Shown piece by piece: positions 37,495 through 47,603 of a DNA stretch of 64,000 bases. The notes beneath the pieces were generated by a model. The model made no database searches and was not told the origin of the DNA. It was given only the letters and a program-made list of their open reading frames with translations. Positions within the stretch are counted from its first letter, which is position 1. The number at the start of each line of letters is the position of its first letter. The stretch comes from an uncultured Eubacteriales bacterium (GTDB lineage Bacteria > Bacillota > Clostridia > Christensenellales > CAG-138): assembly GCA_900547135.1 (NCBI GenBank), contig URFJ01000001.1, positions 269 to 64,268 on the forward strand, read 5' to 3'. Position numbers and translations under genes: made by a program.

Positions 37495-37582
37495 TTCCCG
37501 TTATTCAGGCCCCCGCTAAGCGGCGCGCAACAGCGTGTTAAGCCGCTAGGACAGAGGGCAAAAATCGATGGGAGGCTATAAA

Positions 37583-38188
37583 ATGAGATCCACACGCGTA
37601 ATTCGACTGGTCAAAATGTCACTGCTTGCGGCGCTCAGCATAGTGCTGGTGTTTGTAAGCCACTTTTCAATCTTTCCTTCGGCTCCGTTTTTGGAATACG
37701 ATATGGCCGATATACCCATACTGATCGGCACATTCATGTTCGGCCCGTGGCATGGCCTGATCCTGACGGCGGCCGTAAGCCTGCTTCAATGGCTTTTGAT
37801 ATCCCCACAGAGCGGATGGGTAGGAGCGGTAATGCATCTGTTTGCGACAGGCGCTTTTGCAATCGTAGCTGGACTGATATATCAAAGGCGGCATACCATC
37901 AGGGGTGCGATAATAGCGCTTTTATGCGGCTCCCTGGCAATGATAATAGCCATGGTACCCATGAATATCTTTATATCGCCGTTTTTTGTAATGATTATGA
38001 TGGGCTACGAATCCTATAGCGAGGCCCAGACATTCTACGTTGACAACTTCCTGCTCATAAGCTTTATCTTTAACATTATTAAGGCGCTGGGCAATGCGCT
38101 ATTGACGTTTTTGCTCTATAAATCAGCTGGCAAGGCGCTTAACCTGATAGGCAGTGACAAAACGCCCGTCCGACGCGGCCGAGCTTAG
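37583..38188 (+). CDS. ribU: riboflavin transporter, ECF S-component type (RibU/FmnP)
   Basis: MRSTRVIRLVKMSLLAALSIVLVF...LEYDMADIPILIGTFMFGP, polytopic, behind an FMN riboswitch. The start is set at the ATG at 37583, 7 nt after GGGAGG. Confidence 0.85.
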   Translation: MRSTRVIRLVKMSLLAALSIVLVFVSHFSIFPSAPFLEYDMADIPILIGTFMFGPWHGLILTAAVSLLQWLLISPQSGWVGAVMHLFATGAFAIVAGLIYQRRHTIRGAIIALLCGSLAMIIAMVPMNIFISPFFVMIMMGYESYSEAQTFYVDNFLLISFIFNIIKALGNALLTFLLYKSAGKALNLIGSDKTPVRRGRA

Positions 38189-38333
38189 GGCAATTGCAGG
38201 GGCGGGTCCTTTCTCCGCCCCTGCCGCACGGCCGCGCGGCGTCATAGCGAACGGCGGGCTGATTCGCCGCATAAGGATGCATATAAATCGCATGAATATT
38301 ATGAACATGGAAAAATGGACATGCATAAGACTC

Positions 38334-38600
38334 TGTACTCTGTATATTGCTGATTTGGATGAAACGCTGGCACAAAACGGATATCGCGCTTTACCTCCAG
38401 TATGGCAATCGCCCGGTCAACGCCGGTATGCTTTTTTCATATGCCACCGCGCGCTTAAATATCCCCCTTCACAGCGTTATAGAAGGCGGGCGGCATTGCT
38501 TGCGGCCAAAATGCCCGTTTGCATACAATGGTTCGTCTTTTCTTGATAACGCTACCAGAGAGATACTGCTGGCGAACTATTTCATATTTTTAAGTTGCTT
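38334..38600 (+). pseudogene. Cof-type HAD-IIB hydrolase fragment (N-terminal ~85 aa, frameshifted and truncated)
   Basis: LYIADLDETLAQNG (DxDxT motif I) is in one frame. GMLFSYATARLNIPLHSVIEG...PFAYNGSSFLDNATREILLANYF is in the next. No cap or C-terminal motifs follow. Confidence 0.55.
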
Positions 38601-39137
38601 TTCGACTGAAATATATAATAGTTTATTCACATAACAATATACATCGAAGGGTTTTAGTACCCCTTTAGCAAAGTAAATACGGATATCAGGGGATGGGGGA
38701 TATATGGGATATCCCGTAAGCAATACGAGGATTTATGTTGGGTATGCCGTTTTATATTATCTGTATTGACGAAGAGGGAAAGCTGTATACCGTATATAAA
38801 ACATTAAACCTTAGCTGCTGATGCGTTTATCATAAGGACATATACAACGCAAGACATGGTTTTAAATTAATTCCCATCCGCCAATAAGGCAATGCCATCC
38901 TTAAGCTGAAAGAACCGCTTGGATGCAGGAGGATAGTCCCGTATGGCGGCAGGATAAATGGTATCCCCACGTTTAAAATTCCGGATGGACGCTACGCCGC
39001 TAAAAATGCGGCAGCCGGATTAAAAGCAATAGCTACAGAAATTATCAACAGCAACGGCTGCAACGGAGTTTCAAAATGGCTGCTTCACAATGCAGAGCTA
39101 TGAGTAATCTGTAACTATGAAAGTATTAATAATATCG

Positions 39138-39165
39138 ATTTATATATAACTATTTATATATAACT
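39138..39165 (+). promoter_or_regulatory. perfect 14-nt tandem direct repeat upstream of the FtsX permease gene
   Basis: atttatatataact occurs twice back to back (39138-39151 and 39152-39165), about 105 nt upstream of the ATG at 39271. Confidence 0.35.
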
Positions 39166-39270
39166 ATGTCAAAATTGTAAACATCTCTTGTTAATGAGGT
39201 GGCGCTTCCCAGCTATTGAAACTTTTATGTTAAAATTAAATTACCATCTTTAAATTTAGGAGGGCGTACT

Positions 39271-42200
39271 ATGTATACGGCGAAGCTTGCCAAGAGTGGA
39301 ATGAAGGGACGGAAGCGGGATACGCGAATACTGCTTATCGTGCTGACACTGTCCTTTATTTTCACCACCATATCCACCATACTCATATCGAGCATGGAAT
39401 ATACCGACGAGTACCAGAAAAAGCAGATCTATGCCGAGTGGCAGGCGGCGCTGTTTAACGCCGACGAACAGTCGGCAGAAGCGGTCAAATCAAGCTTTGA
39501 CACCGTCGGCGTGTCGCGCGTTATTGGTCAGAACCAGACGTTTGGCATAGTCGGCACGATTGACGAAGGCTTCAAGGAGCTTGCCAACCTGTCCCTGGTT
39601 GAAGGCCGGTATCCGGAAGCCCCGGGAGAGGTGATCATTGAAACCAATCAGATAGGCGGCGCCACAAGCTCGCTGAGCGTAGGCGACAGCCTTGTAGCCA
39701 TATTTAAGCTGATAAATGACGACGATACCTCGGGATCTTTTGAATATTTAGAAGTTCCAAGCGCCTATGATGAGACAGCTAAACAAATGCAGGAAAAGCT
39801 GGATTCCGGCTATTACGACGACATAATATGGGAATACGCCCAGCGCCAAGGGTTTGAGTTTAGCCGCGATTCCTATTCATACAAAAATTATTATAATGAC
39901 ATGGTATTATCGCATTACATAATTCAGAACGACCGGTCCACAGACAGGAAGATGTACAATAAGGGCAACGTGGTTATCACCGTTGATACGCAATATATAT
40001 ATTATAGCTGCAAGCTTGACTATCTTCTTGACCCCTCGTCCTATCAAAGGGACATAAAGGAGAAGGGGGCTATTTGCGGCCAGAACTATCAACTTAACAT
40101 GAATCTTACCGTAGTGGGCATAGTTGAAACCTTCTCGGACAGGTGGGATACGGGCGTGCAGTACATGCCGGTATCGTTTGTAACTGAAGAAACGGCTGAC
40201 CAGCTGCTAAACGCGTTTAATGAGTTAAGGCAGGAGGACGCGAGATCGGCTGGATTTGATTACGTGCAGAATACCAACCTATTCATAAAATCCGATTCAA
40301 TGGACGCGATTGCCACATACAACGCGCTTAAGGAAAGCATGCGGGAGATCTACATGTCCCGCGAGGATTCCCCTGAGCTATGGATGGAAGTAGACCATCT
40401 CGATGGCAAGGCAATGATAAAAAAGGATCTATATGATCCGGACAAGCACATTTTAAATACCAGTTACTACTATGGATTTGAAATGTTTGTTCCGTATACC
40501 TTGACTGACTACGAAGTTGACGGGTTTATACATGAAAACATGGTCCTCGAAGACACTGAGTATATAAGTCTTGATCCTGACGACCCGGATAGCGTAAAGG
40601 CTATATATCTCAAGGACTACATAGAAATTAGTCATAACCCTGAAATGGTGGCGACTGCACCCACTACCGCCGAGGATATCAATAATAAGGAACTGTGGTC
40701 GGTGTTTGAGCATGTGGGCCAGATGTACATAATGGAGTCAAGGTACTTTTTCCAAGAGAACTACATAGAGGATTGCAGTTATTATGATGATCCTTATCTG
40801 AGCACGGATTACATGTACGATGGGGATAAGTTTATGACCGTATTTCTGACCGGAGCAGACTATGACCTGTATGTGCCCAAACCTCTTCTGCAAGCCTCAG
40901 ACCAATACGCCTCAACATTGAATATAACCCTGCCTCCGGACCGGTTTTACCCTGGCAAGGCTAGCGAGAGCCTAAGCTGGCTGGACAACGATCCATATGA
41001 AAACGACGTACATGAACTTAGGCTCAACAGGTTCGCAAACCCCAAGGACGCTGTAAAATCCACCATGTCGCTCGCGGTTCAGGGCATCATATTCATAACC
41101 ACCGTTTGCGCCGTGCTTCAGATTTTCCTCACTCAAATCAAGCGCAGGCGCAGAAGGCTCGCAGTTATGAAATGCGTTGGCGCGACAAACGGCCAAATAG
41201 GCGGCATGCTGGCATGGGAAGGAATATACCTGCTGATGATTTCACTGCCGCTGGGCGCTGCACTTGGCTTTGGGCTGTCCTACGGGGGAACGATGCTTAT
41301 GGGATCCATCGAGGGCTCAAGGGCGATCATGTTCTCCGTGGACTGGGAAAGTCTGGCGATAGGTTTCGCGCTGGGCGTAGCCGCACTGTTCTCAGGAATG
41401 CTGGCTCCCATGATCATGGCAATAAAAACGCCTTTGCGCGGCGATCTCAGCTCGTCCGGCAAAAAAAAGCCGATAAAGCAGAGGTTAAAGGCCGAGCCTG
41501 CCGCCGCCCGCCAGACCTTCGCGTCCATATCGCGCAGGCACGCGCAGGCTAATCGTAGCCGCGTAATCCTTTCCTTTGCGCTGTCAACGTTTATTATAAC
41601 CATTATTCTCATAACGCTGTTCTTGGACTACAGGGCGTTTGGCGATTATAACGACAAGGTTGTTGAGGCGAATAAGCCCGAATACCTGGTAGCCGCTCCT
41701 TACGGCCTGTCCGCACGCGGCATTGAAGACGCGCTTAAGAAACTGGATGAGGTGGACGGCCTTAAATCGATCTGCACATATAAGGTTATAGAGGACGTCA
41801 ATACCCTGCATACCGCCCTAAATGAAAACAGCGGGGAGATAAGCCCAATAATTAAAAGGCTCGCCGAGTCAATTCCGGATTCAATGTATTATGGGTTCTT
41901 CTCAGACGGAGCTTCCCTAACATCATATAAATCCAGCGAATCAGGACTGGAGGAGGTACCGCCTGAAGGCCCTGAGCAGGGCAGCTTTATTACCACGGCC
42001 TACGGAATTGACGTGGAAATGCCGATTTATGAACAGCTAACCTGCTCGCTGACCGAGGGCCAGCTGGACAAGGCGGCCTTCCAGAGAGGCGATGAAGTAA
42101 TACTGATGATACCCATGTATAAGGAAGGCAACGGCGGAGGAAGCGTGCCCGACAACATCAGCAAGCTGCCGCCCACGCAGCAGGCGGGCGCGGTGCTGCA

Positions 42201-43134
42201 AAGCGCCAGGGAGATGGCCCTTTCACTGTCTAATAGGACGTCGCGTTATTATGAGGCCGACACATCCGTTAAGGTGGGCGATACGCTTACGCTGTACGGC
42301 AAAAACGTAAGCGTGCCTATGGGCCTGGGAGTTGTTACCACCGACCAGACATCAAAAGATGTAAAAGTGGCCGGAATAATCCGCTACTTCCGGGGTGAGG
42401 AGATATGGCCGTTTTCCGCCGGCGACTCCTTGTATACCCTTATTGGGAGCTACGGCATGATAACCGATGTAAATCCGGACGCTAACAACAGGCTCATGAG
42501 GGTTAACAGGAACTATATGCTGTCGATGAATACATTATACTTTGGAAATGCCAGAGGGCGCACGGAGTTTTATATAAGCGCTGAGGAAGGCGCCACCAGA
42601 AACGACACGGATCTGCCCCTACTAAAGATGTCAAAGGAGCTTAATTTCGCCTATGAAAACTACCGCGAAAGCAACTCGGCGCTGTTTTCAGAGGCCATCA
42701 ACAATGCGCTTATCGTCGGCCTTCTGGGTTTTGCGGCGGTCATGATCGCGCTTGTGATACTGGCAAATACCGTATCGTCCGCCATTGATCAGGAACGCAA
42801 GCGTTTTGGAATACTGCAGTCCATAGGAGTGGAGGAAAAGACGTTTAAAAAGCAGCAGTATATGACCGGCCTGAAGCATGGACTCCTATCGCTAGTAATA
42901 GCAAACTCGGTAATGCTTATAGTCCTCTTCGCCTTCTCGGTGATAAATAACGCCTGGCTTGACATGGGGATTATGGATTATGTGAAGGACCTGGTATTCA
43001 ACACAATGTCGAGATACCCATGGGCGATCCACTTCGCGCTGTGCGGGGCTTACCTCATAGTATTGCTGCTGATACACAGGATTCCTGTCAGAAATGTGCT
43101 TAAATACAGCCCCGTAGAAAATATACGGAGCTGA
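39271..43134 (+). CDS. very large FtsX/MacB-type ABC transporter permease (1287 aa, two FtsX modules)
   Basis: An N-terminal TM is followed by a ~550-aa ectodomain and then FtsX module 1 (KRRRRRLAVMKCVGATNGQIGGMLAWEG). A second TM and a ~350-aa ectodomain follow, then FtsX module 2 (ERKRFGILQSIGVEEKTFKKQ). AGGAGG RBS. Confidence 0.8.
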   Translation: MYTAKLAKSGMKGRKRDTRILLIVLTLSFIFTTISTILISSMEYTDEYQKKQIYAEWQAALFNADEQSAEAVKSSFDTVGVSRVIGQNQTFGIVGTIDEGFKELANLSLVEGRYPEAPGEVIIETNQIGGATSSLSVGDSLVAIFKLINDDDTSGSFEYLEVPSAYDETAKQMQEKLDSGYYDDIIWEYAQRQGFEFSRDSYSYKNYYNDMVLSHYIIQNDRSTDRKMYNKGNVVITVDTQYIYYSCKLDYLLDPSSYQRDIKEKGAICGQNYQLNMNLTVVGIVETFSDRWDTGVQYMPVSFVTEETADQLLNAFNELRQEDARSAGFDYVQNTNLFIKSDSMDAIATYNALKESMREIYMSREDSPELWMEVDHLDGKAMIKKDLYDPDKHILNTSYYYGFEMFVPYTLTDYEVDGFIHENMVLEDTEYISLDPDDPDSVKAIYLKDYIEISHNPEMVATAPTTAEDINNKELWSVFEHVGQMYIMESRYFFQENYIEDCSYYDDPYLSTDYMYDGDKFMTVFLTGADYDLYVPKPLLQASDQYASTLNITLPPDRFYPGKASESLSWLDNDPYENDVHELRLNRFANPKDAVKSTMSLAVQGIIFITTVCAVLQIFLTQIKRRRRRLAVMKCVGATNGQIGGMLAWEGIYLLMISLPLGAALGFGLSYGGTMLMGSIEGSRAIMFSVDWESLAIGFALGVAALFSGMLAPMIMAIKTPLRGDLSSSGKKKPIKQRLKAEPAAARQTFASISRRHAQANRSRVILSFALSTFIITIILITLFLDYRAFGDYNDKVVEANKPEYLVAAPYGLSARGIEDALKKLDEVDGLKSICTYKVIEDVNTLHTALNENSGEISPIIKRLAESIPDSMYYGFFSDGASLTSYKSSESGLEEVPPEGPEQGSFITTAYGIDVEMPIYEQLTCSLTEGQLDKAAFQRGDEVILMIPMYKEGNGGGSVPDNISKLPPTQQAGAVLQSAREMALSLSNRTSRYYEADTSVKVGDTLTLYGKNVSVPMGLGVVTTDQTSKDVKVAGIIRYFRGEEIWPFSAGDSLYTLIGSYGMITDVNPDANNRLMRVNRNYMLSMNTLYFGNARGRTEFYISAEEGATRNDTDLPLLKMSKELNFAYENYRESNSALFSEAINNALIVGLLGFAAVMIALVILANTVSSAIDQERKRFGILQSIGVEEKTFKKQQYMTGLKHGLLSLVIANSVMLIVLFAFSVINNAWLDMGIMDYVKDLVFNTMSRYPWAIHFALCGAYLIVLLLIHRIPVRNVLKYSPVENIRS

Positions 43135-43399
43135 AACGCCGGCATTGAGGGGTTCGGACATATTGGCCTGCCGCAAGCCGTTTGCCAGGTTTGCGGCGGT
43201 ACCTTTTTTATCGGGCTATGAATCTCCCCGCTTTTTGAAACAAACTTGAGCCGGCTTTACAGCGCCCGCCGTAAGCGTACCCAGCCAGCGTTTTATTTCA
43301 GGTTCTTTTTGCGGCTGCCTTGCAAATCATGACGAATGATTGTAAAATAGGATGAATATGTAGTTGCATATGCAAAGCGTATATGCAAGGAGGTCAACT

Positions 43400-44299
43400 G
43401 TGGGTCTGTCGCTAGAAGCAAAGAAGTTCATAAATTCGGAGCATACCGGCTATTACGTCGATGTAATGACGCCATACAGGGAGGATCGGGGAAAGGGCGG
43501 CGCCGCCTCCACGACGTTAAAAATCCATTACATGGACGAAGGCGCGGGCGAGCCGCTGATATTAATACACAGCGTGGGTCAGTCCATCTATACATGGCGC
43601 AGGCTGTTCAGCAAACTCAGCGAGAGCTACAGGGTTATAGCAATAGACCTGCCCGGGCATGGTTTCTCCGACCGTCCCACGCAGTTTAATTACGGCATTG
43701 CGGATTATGCCGATATGCTGCGCAGGGTGATGGACGCCCTCAGGATTGAATCAGCCCATTTTCTTGCGTTTTCAATGGGATGCGCTTATGTGCTTCAGCT
43801 CGCCAGGATGAGTCCTGAAAGGATGGGCCGCATAATAGCGCTTACGCCTGGGGGTGTAACGGCTCAAATGCCGTCTACTGTCCGCATGATGGAAAGTCCC
43901 GTGTTTGGCCCGATCGCGTCAAGGCTTTATGGCATAAGAGCTGTTGAAAATATGCTGGGCGAATGCTTCTTCGACCTTACGAACATTACCCCTGACGTGG
44001 TAAACGAGTATTACCATACGGTGGCCGACCCAGACGCGCGGCGCGCGATACGGCGGGCTTTACAAAGATATGACGAAGACGGCCTGTTCGCCGAGTTAAG
44101 GGCCATTGAAACCCCCATTCTCATACTATGGGGGAGCGAGGACAAATGGCATCCATCCGAGCTTCAGGAGCTTTACCATTCAGCGCTGAAAAACGCCGGC
44201 TATGTAATCGTTCGCAACACCGGGCATTTGCTTCATGAGGAAAAATACGACAAGGTGCTGGAGCTTATCAAAGAGTATATACCGGTTCCAATCGACTGA
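43400..44299 (+). CDS. alpha/beta-fold hydrolase
   Basis: HSVGQS, DLPGHGFSD, nucleophile elbow AFSMGC and a C-terminal GHLLHEE. The start is placed at the GTG at 43400, behind AAGGAGG. Confidence 0.8.
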   Translation: MGLSLEAKKFINSEHTGYYVDVMTPYREDRGKGGAASTTLKIHYMDEGAGEPLILIHSVGQSIYTWRRLFSKLSESYRVIAIDLPGHGFSDRPTQFNYGIADYADMLRRVMDALRIESAHFLAFSMGCAYVLQLARMSPERMGRIIALTPGGVTAQMPSTVRMMESPVFGPIASRLYGIRAVENMLGECFFDLTNITPDVVNEYYHTVADPDARRAIRRALQRYDEDGLFAELRAIETPILILWGSEDKWHPSELQELYHSALKNAGYVIVRNTGHLLHEEKYDKVLELIKEYIPVPID

Positions 44300-44485
44300 T
44301 CCTGTAGGTTCTATTGTGATTCAACCGGATTTCTGTCTTTCAGCTGGTTTGGCCCGTCCGTCCAGACACTCCTGACGCTCGCCGGCGGCGCAAATGGTTC
44401 GCCTCTGGGACCGGCTTATAACCCTTGGCCGCACCGCGTAAAGCGCGCTGCTTAACCAGAGGGTTATTTTTTAATACTTTAGTCT

Positions 44486-44737
44486 TCAACCCTGAAGTCC
44501 GCGCGACTGCCGTTCCATATCCTCGATGACTATATCGTAAATCTCCCCTAACGAGGCGCAGTATTCCAATACGCTCCAAGGCTTGTTGGTATGAAAGTGT
44601 ATTTTGATCAGCGTTTCCCCGCCTACGGCAATCAGGCAGTCCCCGTCAAGGTTTTTACTAAAATACGCAGCTATTTCATCCTCTGAAAGGTTTTCCCCTT
44701 CAATTAACAGCTGAATATCATATCTATATTCAAGCAT
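44486..44737 (-). CDS. small protein resembling the central module of YloV/DAK2-fusion (FakA-like) proteins; standalone domain or gene fragment
   Basis: The 83-aa product YRYDIQLLIEGENLSEDEI...GDCLIAVGGETLIKIHFHTNKPWSVLEYCASLGEIYDIVIEDMERQ matches the YCTEF.I...GDSLVVV...KVHVHTN.P...G.L..I.I.NM..Q segment of YloV. It has its own GGGAGG RBS. Confidence 0.4.
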   Translation of the reverse strand: MLEYRYDIQLLIEGENLSEDEIAAYFSKNLDGDCLIAVGGETLIKIHFHTNKPWSVLEYCASLGEIYDIVIEDMERQSRGLQG

Positions 44738-44840
44738 TTATTATAACATCCTCCCAGATTATCACGGACCCCGGCTCCTTCTGTACGAGTTTCATATCCT
44801 CTCTTAGGCACCATGCGCTATCATTCCTCCGTCTTCGGCC

Positions 44841-46403
44841 TTAGCCGCCATGGAGCCTCTCTACAGGATTGGTTCTCAATATAAACACCCCGGGCATAAG
44901 CCCTCCCGCCTCTGTCCTCGACTGCCTGATAAGCTCGAGATGCGGATTTTCCGCAACCAGCCGCTTCATGAGCGTAAATTCCATAGTATAGAGAATGGCC
45001 ACGCCGCCTGGACGGAGCCATTCGCCCAGCTTGGGAAGCAATCCCGCGTAAAGCCTTTCGTTGGACGAATGAGTTCCCACCCTGTTTCCAAAGGGCAAGT
45101 TTGATATCACCTCGTCGTATGGCTCAGAAGCACGGAATTTAAGGCAATCCTTGCATACAAGCTCAATGCGGGCCTTTGCCGCCTCCGCGTTTTTTACAGC
45201 TACTTCCAGCGCCCTTGGCGTTATGTCTACCCCTGTCAGAGCCGAACACCCGGACAGCTTTTCACGCTCAATTAGCATGGTGCCGCTCCCGCAGAATGGA
45301 TCCAGCACGCGCGCGTTTGTCCTTAGGCTTGACGAAGCCAGCCGCAGTATCGCGGCGGCCGTGGCGGGATGCATTGACGCTGGAAGCGAACCCACCCGAT
45401 AATCAAACCTACCGTCCTCTATCATATAAAGCTTTAAATAAAGTCCGCATATCTCTTTATAGCGCTCCACGCGCAGCTCGGCGTCATATGCCGACGGGGA
45501 ATTCTTAAGCCCTCCCCCGTCAAGCGCGATAGCCAGCTCTTTGATGAAGTCCGCTCTTCCGGCGTCCATCCCCCTGACGTCTATCCTGTAGCCGTACGGC
45601 GCGCCGCCGCCGCACGACGAGCTAAGCAGCTTAAGCATGGCGCCTTTTGCCGCGGCGGCTACGTCCTTTGCGTTGAACGGCACGTTCTTGTTAATTGGAA
45701 TAAGCATTTCGCTGAAGCACCTTGCTTCAAACAATGGCGCGGGATCGGTTATAGATAGAAGCACGCCGTCGTTCCACGCCTTTTTAACGCTGAAACCCAG
45801 TTCGTCCAGCTCCTGAGCAAGCTGGGCCCCAAGGTTTCTGGCCGAGCGTAGCTCAACGTCAACCGGCGACGCAAAGCCGGTAAAGCTTCGCGAAGGCGGC
45901 GCCTCAATACGGCTCAACGCCAACCTCAGCGCCTCCTGCTCATCATTGAAGTGCTTCCTCTCGCCCTCGTCGGCGGGCGTCTCTATTTTATATCCGGTCA
46001 AAGCGCTTTTTGCTTCCTCCGTGCCAATAGCCCCAAGGGCAAGTATGATGCTTGGCCTAACCAGGCGCCGCTGTTCCCTGAAAAGCGCCGTTGCGAGCGG
46101 CGCGGCGTCCAACGGGTCCATTAAGGCTCCAGCCAGCCTGGCCGCGTTCTTCCTCAGCTTTGTGTTTTCGGACAAAAGCGCGTCCCTGATTGCGTTACGA
46201 TCGCCAAGCCTTTGGTTAATTTCATCCCTGTACTGCTTTTTCTTGGCGATGGAGCTTAAAAGCCCGCATGCAGCCGCGTTTCCCTCAAGTGTGAAAAGCC
46301 TCCATGCGGCCTCAAACGCCGCCTCAGGCATCCTGCGCATTCGTTCGGCCCCATTTGGAGCCTCGAGTTCCTTTTTTAACTGTTCCGCGGTTAGCTGTTT
46401 CAT
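44841..46403 (-). CDS. THUMP-domain class I SAM-dependent RNA methyltransferase with an N-terminal HEAT-like repeat extension
   Basis: SAM motif VLDPFCGSGTMLIE and catalytic NLPFG. The THUMP region is RIDVRG...AELRVER...YLKL...DYR...PASMHP. The N-terminal ~150 aa contain LRKNAARLAGAL and ILALGAIGTEEA repeats. Confidence 0.75.
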   Translation of the reverse strand: MKQLTAEQLKKELEAPNGAERMRRMPEAAFEAAWRLFTLEGNAAACGLLSSIAKKKQYRDEINQRLGDRNAIRDALLSENTKLRKNAARLAGALMDPLDAAPLATALFREQRRLVRPSIILALGAIGTEEAKSALTGYKIETPADEGERKHFNDEQEALRLALSRIEAPPSRSFTGFASPVDVELRSARNLGAQLAQELDELGFSVKKAWNDGVLLSITDPAPLFEARCFSEMLIPINKNVPFNAKDVAAAAKGAMLKLLSSSCGGGAPYGYRIDVRGMDAGRADFIKELAIALDGGGLKNSPSAYDAELRVERYKEICGLYLKLYMIEDGRFDYRVGSLPASMHPATAAAILRLASSSLRTNARVLDPFCGSGTMLIEREKLSGCSALTGVDITPRALEVAVKNAEAAKARIELVCKDCLKFRASEPYDEVISNLPFGNRVGTHSSNERLYAGLLPKLGEWLRPGGVAILYTMEFTLMKRLVAENPHLELIRQSRTEAGGLMPGVFILRTNPVERLHGG

Positions 46404-46556
46404 TCACTTCTCCCCTGCGCTGTCAGCGCAAATCAGCCTGTAATCAAAATATACTTATCCTAAACCGTAGCACATACGAAGCTCCCCGTCAAGCCGCTTT
46501 ACATACGCGCGTTTTGGCTGTATCATTGATTTTACAATAAACTGCCGGAGGATATC

Positions 46557-47018
46557 ATGTTTATAGCAAAATGGAAGATGGGGCTTGTGGATTTTGAAGG
46601 TGTGCGGGCCGTTCGCGAGGCTGTGTTCGTTACCGAGCAGGGCGTGCCGTATGACGAGGAATTCGACAGCTTTGACGGCTTATCCTTCCATCTGTATATT
46701 ACCACGGAGGAAGGCGCGCCTATAGCTGCGGCGCGGATCCATCCAGAAGGAAACAATACCGCAATAGGCCGCATCGCGGTAATAAAACAATTCAGGAATG
46801 ACGGCTATGAGGAATTCGCGCTCCGCATGCTGCTCTTTAAGGCCCAGAACCTGGCGGGAGAGAGGATAACTACTCTTGCGCCGGAGTCCAGCAGGGAGCT
46901 GTATGAACGGTTTGGTTTTCGTGCGGACCGGACCGCCGAGTTTTCGCGCCGCGCTGAGTATATACCAATGAGCGTAGGCAGGGGTGATATAACGTGGTTC
47001 AGTCAATGCCGGCACTGA
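46557..47018 (+). CDS. GNAT-family N-acetyltransferase
   Basis: 153 aa with VREAVFVTEQGVP, IGRIAVIKQFRNDGYEEFALRML and LYERFGF. Confidence 0.8.
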   Translation: MFIAKWKMGLVDFEGVRAVREAVFVTEQGVPYDEEFDSFDGLSFHLYITTEEGAPIAAARIHPEGNNTAIGRIAVIKQFRNDGYEEFALRMLLFKAQNLAGERITTLAPESSRELYERFGFRADRTAEFSRRAEYIPMSVGRGDITWFSQCRH

Positions 47019-47231
47019 GGACTTAACCGCCCGGTGGACGAAAGACGAATAAACCCTGATGCGGGTAAAACAGTCCGCACGTTGCATAAAACCTACGCGC
47101 TTTTAAACCAAAAGCCCGCTAATAAACCGGTAGCACGCTGATAAAGGCGGCCCAACGCTTATGATCTAAATACGAAAAGGGCGGCGGAGCCTTTTTTCTG
47201 CACCGCCCCCTCAATCCTCTTTTAAAGACCC

Positions 47232-47603
47232 TTATCCCACAACGTCAAATTCAATCTCCGGAAGCCGCCTTTGCAGACGCGCTACAATGGTCTCTCCCGA
47301 TTCATGAGGAGCGCCCATGATGATCAGCTCCACCCCGTTTTCGTTGGCGTAATCCACAAGCGCGTCCTCCACATCATCGGTGCGGAGCATGGTAAGATCG
47401 CCTCCGGCCAGCTGGGCGGCAGTAAAAAGGTATTCTATGGCGTCTGATTCGTCCTCGCTGTTTAAAAAACGCCTTCCCGTCTGCACACAATGCACCACAT
47501 GCAGCTTGGAACCCTCGTTCTTGCGCGCAACGCCCCTGCTAATTAGCCGGTCGCATGCCCGCTGGCCTGTAACACAGACCATTATATCACGTGTTTTTTT
47601 CAT
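47232..47603 (-). CDS. universal stress protein (UspA-like) domain protein
   Basis: 123 aa with IMVCVTGQ...LHVVHCV...ELIIMGAP. It overlaps the end of the upstream LOG gene by 17 nt. Confidence 0.6.
   Translation of the reverse strand: MKKTRDIMVCVTGQRACDRLISRGVARKNEGSKLHVVHCVQTGRRFLNSEDESDAIEYLFTAAQLAGGDLTMLRTDDVEDALVDYANENGVELIIMGAPHESGETIVARLQRRLPEIEFDVVG

Noticed and set aside
38154-38634. ORFs 38154-38546 and 38347-38634 as real genes
   Set aside because: Only short stretches make sense, namely the HAD motif I and the following segment in different frames. The rest is Arg/Ala-rich read-through, so the region was called a HAD pseudogene fragment instead.
38880-39115. Open frame reading ..INGIPTFKIPDGRYAAKNAAAGLKAIATEIINSNGCNGVSKWLLHNAEL
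   Set aside because: It looks protein-like but has no start codon, no RBS and no recognisable family. It is possibly another gene remnant, with insufficient support to annotate.
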